DNA of 61,773 bases, filler included, from Choristocarpus tenellus KU-1152 (taxonomy: Eukaryota; Protista; Phaeophyceae), in assembly GCA_964200185.2 (NCBI GenBank). It is 9 parts of 9 records of this genome, joined end to end, with 100 filler letters (N's around TTAATTAATTAA, not from the genome) between each part and the next. Parts side by side here need not be neighbours in the genome. Positions count along the whole stretch, not along the records: positions 54,234 to 57,720 come from CAXNAD020019690.1; positions 57,821 to 61,773 come from CAXNAD020016962.1; 7 more parts are not named here. One strand, written 5' to 3'. Every line of letters starts with the position of its first letter. Within the stretch, counting starts at the first letter, position 1. A program made the translations under genes and the position numbers. Below are positions 54,605 through 61,773 of this stretch, one piece after another. Under the pieces are notes generated by a model. That model saw nothing but the letters and a program-made list of their open reading frames with translations. It was not told where the DNA came from and searched no databases.

Positions 54605-54896
54605 CTTTTGAAAGGTCTTGACACCTTCCGCCCCAACTCGGTCACGGCTGAACCGATCTTGGATGGGATGGCCTTGAAGAACGAACACGACATGGCATTC
54701 GGCTTATCCTCCAGTTCCTCCAACTTCAGTAGTGGGGGGAGGGGGGGGGGGGGGGGGGGGAAGGAAAAAAGAGGGCATCAAGGAGACTCCAATCCTAATA
54801 AATCAATAAATGCCTAATCCGGTCGTGGNNNNNNNNNNGAGTACCGGCCAAAAACACCACGGTAGCGGGCTGCGGCCGTCCCCCCCGTGCCCGCAA

Positions 54897-54931
<35 letters not shown>

Positions 54932-56502
54932 AGGAAGGGAAAAATCGGGCATCAAGGAGACTCCAATGCTAATCAATCCATGAATGCTTAATCCTGGTGT
55001 GGGCGCTGGGGGACAAGCCCTTACTAACTTATCTAGAACCTCCTCTCATCCACCCCGTTGAAGGGGTGGTTATGAACCAACCTGTAACTGTTACGCTGAT
55101 AAACGGAGGTTTCAGAAGATGCTTCATCTCCCCCCATCCTCTACTACACTAGAAAGTGTAGCAAGAACTTAGCCCGCGGATTGACATGATTGCGGCTAAA
55201 CCTTGACATTAGCGACACTCTGTCAACACGCAGTAGATCGGACGGTGTTGCTGGAGTGCACGAAACATCCAAGACTTCTCACCTCGTTTTTTTTTTAAAT
55301 CTATGTACCACATTGCACCTCACACCCTCCAAGACGTAGTATACATTTATCACCTACAGGGTTAATTAAGTCCACCTATTATGTGCACAAAGCACTGACA
55401 TGGAATATGTGCTGATGACATATGCTACCTTGCAAGTGGGTAGCTCTGCAATGAATTCGTGCATCTCCTCTACCCACGCGTTGGCCACAGCCCGACCAAA
55501 ATCTTGGACGCGAGTCCCAATCTCCATCATCCTCTTGTCCAACCAGCGGCCAAGAGCCTTCAGTGGCGTCGGTGACTTCTCAGTTGGCTTCTAGGGTAGA
55601 GGTGGTATTGGGAGGAGCAGGAGATGCGAAATCGGATACTAACAAGAGTCCAAGGCTGCCCCCAGTGGGGGTCCAATAGATATCAAAGGTATTGAAACAA
55701 GAGAGGATAGCATAGAGACCAGCACAGCTCCAAGGAATGGGTGTGGTGAGTTGAGACAAGCATCTAGAGAGAGAGAGAGAGAGAGAGAGAGACAAAAATA
55801 AAAATGAAGTGCTGTGGAATACATAGAACAATAGGAACTCGATACTCAATGCTTGCAGTGCACAGGGGAGCTCCACTGTCTTCGGGAGCCCCGCTGTCAC
55901 GATTTCTTTTCACTTTTTCGGACGCACTTTTTGAAACCTAACACACTATCTTTAACGCTAATCCTTAAACCTAACCCTAACCCTCATCCTAACTTGTGCA
56001 TGATAAATACCCCTAACCAGCAAAGGAAATATTCTACATGAAGTGGTGGAGGAGTATAGTGTGCACAGAGGAACCACAACCTCTCAAAGGATCCACCACT
56101 TTTCGCTTTTTTGAAACCATATTCGAGAATCGAACTCTAACGCTAAACCTAATCCTAACCGTAGCCTGTGTGTGAAATAACCCTAAGCTTTGTTTAGAAG
56201 TGAAAAGGTTTGACAGTGGAGGTTCCCCAAGGACAGTGGGTGCTCCCGAAGACAAGGGAGGCTCCGCTGTGTACTCCAACGATCGTCGCACACCGATAAT
56301 ACTAACAAGAGCGTAAGAGGATTGAAGTTGTTAAGCACAACCATAACCAACCACACACGAAGGGAACATGACAAATAAATCCACCATCCCTTACCGAGTT
56401 CTTCTCCACTGTTTTCACCGCTGAGATGGTACTGTTCTCAAAAGCCATTATCGTGACTAGCACCATCACACAGATCTTCAAGGCCGCCGAAAATGACACC
56501 AT
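54605..56502 (-). CDS. Putative secreted/membrane protein of unknown function (partial, structure uncertain)
   Basis: Exon 56502-56395 MVSFSAALKICVMVLVTIMAFENSTISAVKTVEKNS|gtaagg (signal-peptide-like) splices in phase 0 to 55590-55429 KPTEKSPTPLKALGRWLDKRMMEIGTRVQDFGRAVANAWVEEMHEFIAELPTCK|gtag. A further exon may end at 54605. Confidence 0.4.
55853..56279. mobile_element. MITE family D with ~45-bp imperfect TIRs and internal CCCTAA motifs
   Basis: Left ttgcagtgcacaggggagctccactgtcttcgggagccccgctgtc vs reverse complement of right ttggagtacacagcggagcctcccttgtcttcgggagcacccactgtc. Confidence 0.7.
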
Positions 56503-58099
56503 CCTCACTGTTGATTTTGTCAGATGTCTAGGGTAGGGATCGAGGATACAGATCGACCAACATAGACACGTTTAGCGAATGTCAAGGTCACATATTTACA
56601 GTAACACGGGCAGACAATTTACCTGATGCGAAACCTGTACACTTAAAGGTACAGAGATGCGACCAACGGATGCAAAGATCGCAAACGTAACATCAGGTCA
56701 GAGTACTATTGCAAATAAACAAGACCAATGAGGCAAGCGTACACCCAGTTGGACCAAAAAACACAAAGATTACAAGGTATCACAGTCCAAGGGCTTACAA
56801 GCAATAGGAAACCGCTCGGACGGTCAGAACCAAGCATTTATCTTACAAAACTACACAGTACTTTAAAAACTTTGAGCCCTCCAGCTGACCGCTGCCAATA
56901 TCTCTTCCTTCCTACCATTCTATCAAAGTTCCCGCTGACAGAGGGCAGGTGGGGTTTCGTGCCTGTGTAACATCCATCCGCCACTAGCCCTTCCTACCTT
57001 GTTTGGCCTGGTATGTACCTCTACAGGTAGATGATAGTCCTGAGTTCGAAGGGGTTCCAGATTGCTAGAGTTTTTCAGGGATAACCTTGTCCCCCGTTTT
57101 TCCCAACGACCAGTTTTCCATTACAATGGAACATTCGCGATGTCCCTCTATCCAGCCGTTTCATGGCGCCATACCACGCACCACATGATTCTCCAATGGG
57201 TGCGGTGCGCCTTTTTGGTCTCCATCAATAGAGAGTTGATGGGGTTTTTCCGTTTTGTTTCTGTATAGTTCACAGCAGCACAACGATACAATTGTATAGT
57301 AGTGAATGTCTTAGGTTCACTCTCGATACAATATCGTTCTATGGTGGATGTATCAGATATCATCCTCAGTTGAGTTGCCTTTACAGTTTCTGGTATAGTA
57401 CCTACACTGAGTTTATACCATTATGTACCAAACCCAACTTTGTACCGCTTGTTTCGACATACTCAAAAAAATAGGATGTTGTACCGGTACAAACTTGGGG
57501 AGATATTCACGCGAGAATTCTCGTTTTTGGGCGACTTGGTACAAACTTGGGGAGATATTCACGCGAAGTTGGCGCGCGCGTAAACATTTCTCGCGAAAAG
57601 TGCCGTTCTTCCTCAGTCATGACCACACAGCAGCACAGTACGTTGCTGGTAGGGGAATAAAGTGGAAGCCATGCCTTGTGCCGCGGGAAACGAACCTCTG
57701 CAAAATGCCTTCAAATACACNNNNNNNNNNNNNNNNNNNNNNNNNNNNNNNNNNNNNNNNNNNNTTAATTAATTAANNNNNNNNNNNNNNNNNNNNNNNN
57801 NNNNNNNNNNNNNNNNNNNNGGGCTTGATGCAGACACTTGTTCTGAGGGTCTCCCCAATCCTAAAGCAGGTGATTCACCATTAGATGTTCAATCTATTTG
57901 TTCATCTCACTCCTCCACTTCATCCCTCTCTGACGACTCTTCCTGTAGCGACGGAAGTGAGGACAGATTTGTTCTAGGTGAGAGGCCGTCCATTGGTAAC
58001 AAAGGAGACAGTCTGACTAATGATCCTCCCCCTGGTGAAAGGAGTAGGTAAGATTGTCAAGGATCTGGCTGTTGACCCTTCCCCTGGTGATGGGAAGGG

Positions 58100-58199
58100 G
58101 GCTTAAAGTATCTGAGGGAGCCGGCAGCTGTCCGTTTGGGGTCAATTTTTTCATGTCGCGACTTTTGGGTGATTTGGTTGCATACGTCCGATGGATAAT
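58100..58199 (-). mobile_element. MITE family B half copy
   Basis: GGCTTAAAGTATCT terminus plus tttggggtcaattttttcatgtcgcga body. Confidence 0.8.
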
Positions 58200-59946
58200 T
58201 CAACATAGACGAGTGCATGTAGTAAGTTTCATACAACACAGAGTGCTCAAGCACAGGATATTTTCAGTAGGGCTCAAATTTATTAATTGAATTCTTCTCT
58301 GAACATATTCATTATTTTCTTGGAGATATTCGGAGTACACAACTGCTTTGCTGTGCTTGTTTGCCATCATCTGTGGTACATATGAAAACAAGTTTCTCAG
58401 TATGAATATTCCTAAGAAGACTCTGTAGTAGGCTAATCAGGTGCGTTTTTAAAAGGATGTAATGCTTCTTGCTTTCATTTCACAACCGCCAGCCTTGGTG
58501 ACACCACTTGATTACCTGCCCTGGCTGCTATGCTCTTCCCTTACCACTACCGTAGGACATTAATGTTGACTTACTCCGTCTACTGCGCACAGTAGTACTA
58601 CATACTCCGCACATCCTGTTCAACTGCTAGAGCAACACTATGCCAACGCTGACTGTGTCACACGCAGTCCTCATAGTCAAAGTAAGTAAGAGGTACTCAG
58701 GGTTCCATTTTAGGGATGCTGAAAAATATTTGCAAATTTCAGCGTTTTGTACCAGTTGGTGGTGAATTTTCTGCACTCCATCCAAAATGATCAAATAACA
58801 GAAAATCAACACTCACAAGTCAATATTAGAACTTAGTAAATAGAAATACTTGTGAATTCGCAAAAGATTAACAAAATGACTTACAAAACAAAACGGCCAG
58901 AAACCGGGTACCTCGCGTATACTCTGGCTCTCAAACTCTTGTGTGTACCCATGGGTGGGAGACATGTCTTCCTGTTGTATGCTGCCTCCTACGTCCCATC
59001 CCTGTCCTATTATCAATGCCCTTTCTTCCAAAGACACCTCATACACAATGTGGAAGGAAGTGTGGCTTCTCCCCTCAGCATTGGCTTTGGGGCCTACACA
59101 ATGACTCTTCTGCACATGGCCGTGTATGCAAAACCGGGCATCTGCGCACGCCATTGTCACAGTTTCGAAGTGCCAGGGAATATGCCGTCAATGCTTATCT
59201 CACTCTCTATCACACTGTGTTGTCCGATGATATGGGCTAAGAAGTCAGTCCTTGGAATAGGATATGTTTATGGATGGTGGACATCGGAGGTCACATCCTG
59301 CAAATATGGTGTTGTTAGTATTGGGTACATTTATACTCTACACTTACCAGCAAAGACACATAACCTATTGCACAAGTTTGGTCAATCAGATTTTCAATTG
59401 GACCCACCTTATTTGGCACTTCAGCTAGACTCAGTGCCAGGGTAGTGCTAAGGACGCCTGTTGATGTTCATCTCATGGTCCATGAATTCCCATGCATGAA
59501 CAATGTTCCGGAATGCCCCAAGCAGACACTGATTTCGTTGAAGTGTTGTCTTCCTGTTAATGTGGCAGAGAGCCCACCTGGGGGGTAAATATGGACCGGA
59601 TGACTACAACCTCGCACTTTCTTGTGCTTAACATCAGAAGACCATCATTGCTTCATTCTCTTTCACCAGGCCAACAGTCTCTGCCAAGCGTGTCTCATGT
59701 ATATGAACACCTTAGTGACACCAAGGCAAGGACAAATTTTACGCATTTGCATTGGTCTGTTTTGTCATTGAGCTTCTGTAGTGTTCAAAAGTGACACACA
59801 ACACTCTATGAGCATTTCCGTAGCCACAGGTACAGTACTATTGATAGTACCTTGCATTGCACGCTTGAGCTTGTCTAGGATTCAAAAATAAGACTTTCCA
59901 TCCAGCAGTGCTTGGGGCAAAGATACACTTCACGCTTGGAATATCA

Positions 59947-60204
59947 GAGCCAAAGTATCTTAGAGGGTAGATCCAGGTCCATTTGGGGACAATAATCCAA
60001 TGTTATGATTTTGATGTAATTTTGGCTATCATATTTGTTTGGAAGTGTCAATATCCTTGTTCTGGACACATATTTTCATAACTTATATATTTTACCTACT
60101 CCAAAACATTTTGGGGTAGGAAACTGTCATAAAGACCGCAAGGGAAGCCAAGCCCCAAATGGATAAACAGGGCAATACTCGTACCCTCTACGATACTTTC
60201 ACTC
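59947..60204 (-). mobile_element. MITE family A copy 4
   Basis: GAGCCAAAGTATCTTAGAGGGTA ... TACCCTCTACGATACTTTCACTC; flanks share TCA. Confidence 0.9.
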
Positions 60205-60354
60205 TCATCCTTCCACATTAGGAGGACAATGCAATTATACATGTGTACATGGTGGGTCATGTGCAATAGGTTCTTGTCTGGATTGAAGTATCGCAAGCAA
60301 AATCTCTTTTTTTCTTGTACTGCTGATTGAGTATGCTTGCCATCTGACTGTAGG

Positions 60355-60780
60355 CTAGCTGAATGCGCAAGAGGTGCTTTGCTTTTTCTTTTGTGGACAA
60401 GGTACACGTTCAAGGATACCCGTGGCCTTGGACTTGAATATAAGGTTGGAGTATGTTTTGTAGACAATCCCCTCGATAGTAGCCGAACCAGTACATCTCG
60501 GCTGGAGCGCCATCCGGCAGTGTACCGTGCTCCTACTCTCCCACGGTCTCTCCCACAACTTAAGACAAACAACCAAGGTGTATCTACTGGTTGCACATGG
60601 AAAGGCAGGGTATAGCTCAAAAAAGTCTACACCTACGTTCTGAAGTGCGCAGTGGAATCCAGGGCAGGGTACAGAAACATCCGTCACATCTATGGCCACC
60701 CCAATCGACCCAATTGTATCCTCAGATGAATACACTTGGCAATCACCATCTTCTTCAAGCTCAGGCGTGATCTCCACTAC
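60355..60780 (-). pseudogene. Cys-rich coding relic belonging to a dispersed repeat (probable transposon ORF)
   Basis: 140-aa frame (VPCPGFHC..DFFELYPAF..HCRM..RC..PCP); 60371-60465 has a diverged second copy at 47236-47330. Confidence 0.35.
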
Positions 60781-61561
60781 CTCTGAGGCTTAAGCATCCA
60801 CAATCAGGAGTTCAGATGAGGCACTGGCGGTGGAGTAGATGGTGAGGGCCTTGGGGTGGGAGAGAAGAATGACTAAATACCCACCCACCATGCTTGATAA
60901 TGCTGCCTCCCTCTCAACCATGGAGATATCCAGGAAAACTGCCTATGGGTTAACAGTAGTCTGTATTGTCGAATTTACTCCTTTCCATTAACTTTTGCTT
61001 TGTTCATGTGTTGGGCCCGGTCTCATCTCTTCAGGGATGTACATCCTCCCATGAATGCTGGGAGTGATCTGGGTGGGGACACTCAAACAACAGGAAGCAG
61101 TGCATCCTGGAAGGACCTCCTTCGTAACGCTGTACACCTCTTGCAAACATACCAGGTGGAGTGCCACTGTCATCATGCAGCCGGCACTGGCGGGTATTGG
61201 GAGAGCTGATGCCGGCAACCTAGGTTGCACGCATCCCATCAACTGTACTACACTCTGGTCTCCACCTTCTCCGTTACATCTTTTGTTTGCATTCCAAGTA
61301 TCCGTCCCAACCCATTCACTTACCTTAATCACATACCCTGGTTGAATGTGACGTGTTTCCTATGAGAAGAACTCAAACTCAAAACTGAGTACATCTAATC
61401 TAAGTTTCACACACCTATTCCAACATAACTCAACACAATCCAATACCACACGACACAACACTTACCTTAGCCCCAATCCCAAATTATAATGCCGATAAAA
61501 ACATTTTCAATGCCACTCTTCCCAGAATTTTCCACGACCATTAACCCTAACCCTAACCCCA

Positions 61562-61715
61562 GACTCAAAGTATCTGGGGGGGGGGGAGTGGTGTCTGTCC
61601 TTTTGTGGCCAATTTTTTCATGTCGCATTTTTGGGTTGATTACTCATCAGATGGATAATGTAAGTACATTTTTCCTGGTTATGACCCAAATGGACACCCT
61701 GGTGTAGACCCCCTC
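61562..61715 (-). mobile_element. MITE family B copy (one TIR lost)
   Basis: GACTCAAAGTATCTGGGGGG terminus and a body ending caaatggacaccctggtgtagacccc. Confidence 0.83.
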
Positions 61716-61773
61716 CTCCCTTCTTGCTAATTTTGGTCCCCCAAAAACAACAAAAACCTTCCCTTAGCACTAA

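Noticed and set aside
54770-55005. Direct repeat gggcatcaaggagactccaat.ctaat flanking a G-run
   Set aside because: The copies straddle a 10-N gap and homopolymers; likely an assembly artefact or low-quality duplicate.
58852-59445. 197-aa plus-strand ORF
   Set aside because: No motifs and atypical composition; lies in a decayed repeat block whose coding signal seems to be on the minus strand.

Overview
Eukaryotic, intron-rich DNA, most likely from an ochrophyte stramenopile (brown alga or relative), inferred from two proteins with signal-peptide + Phe bipartite plastid-targeting presequences. The window is nine contigs joined by 100-bp N..TTAATTAATTAA..N linkers, so adjacency across linkers is unproven. 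Genes reconstructed by hand: a kinesin-4 motor gene (minus strand, 7 exons, runs off the window start); a complete 5-exon plastid-targeted RBBP9/YdeN-fold protein whose catalytic Ser and His appear replaced (candidate pseudo-hydrolase); a head-to-head partner encoding a putative thylakoid-lumen protein; a partial DENN-domain Rab-GEF gene; and a low-confidence secreted-protein gene. The rest is mostly transposon debris. This includes a decayed Ty3/Gypsy element, a decayed PIF/Harbinger transposase, and two MITE families that share an AAAGTATCT terminal core (4-bp TSDs, Sola-like, one copy cleanly interrupting the Harbinger catalytic motif). There are also a palindromic MITE at contig ends, a telomere-motif MITE, weak Copia-like and DUF6729-like relics, and several minisatellites. 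Transposon stop codons recurrently fall at Arg CGA codons, suggesting past CpG methylation. All family assignments are from motif recognition; no database search was run.
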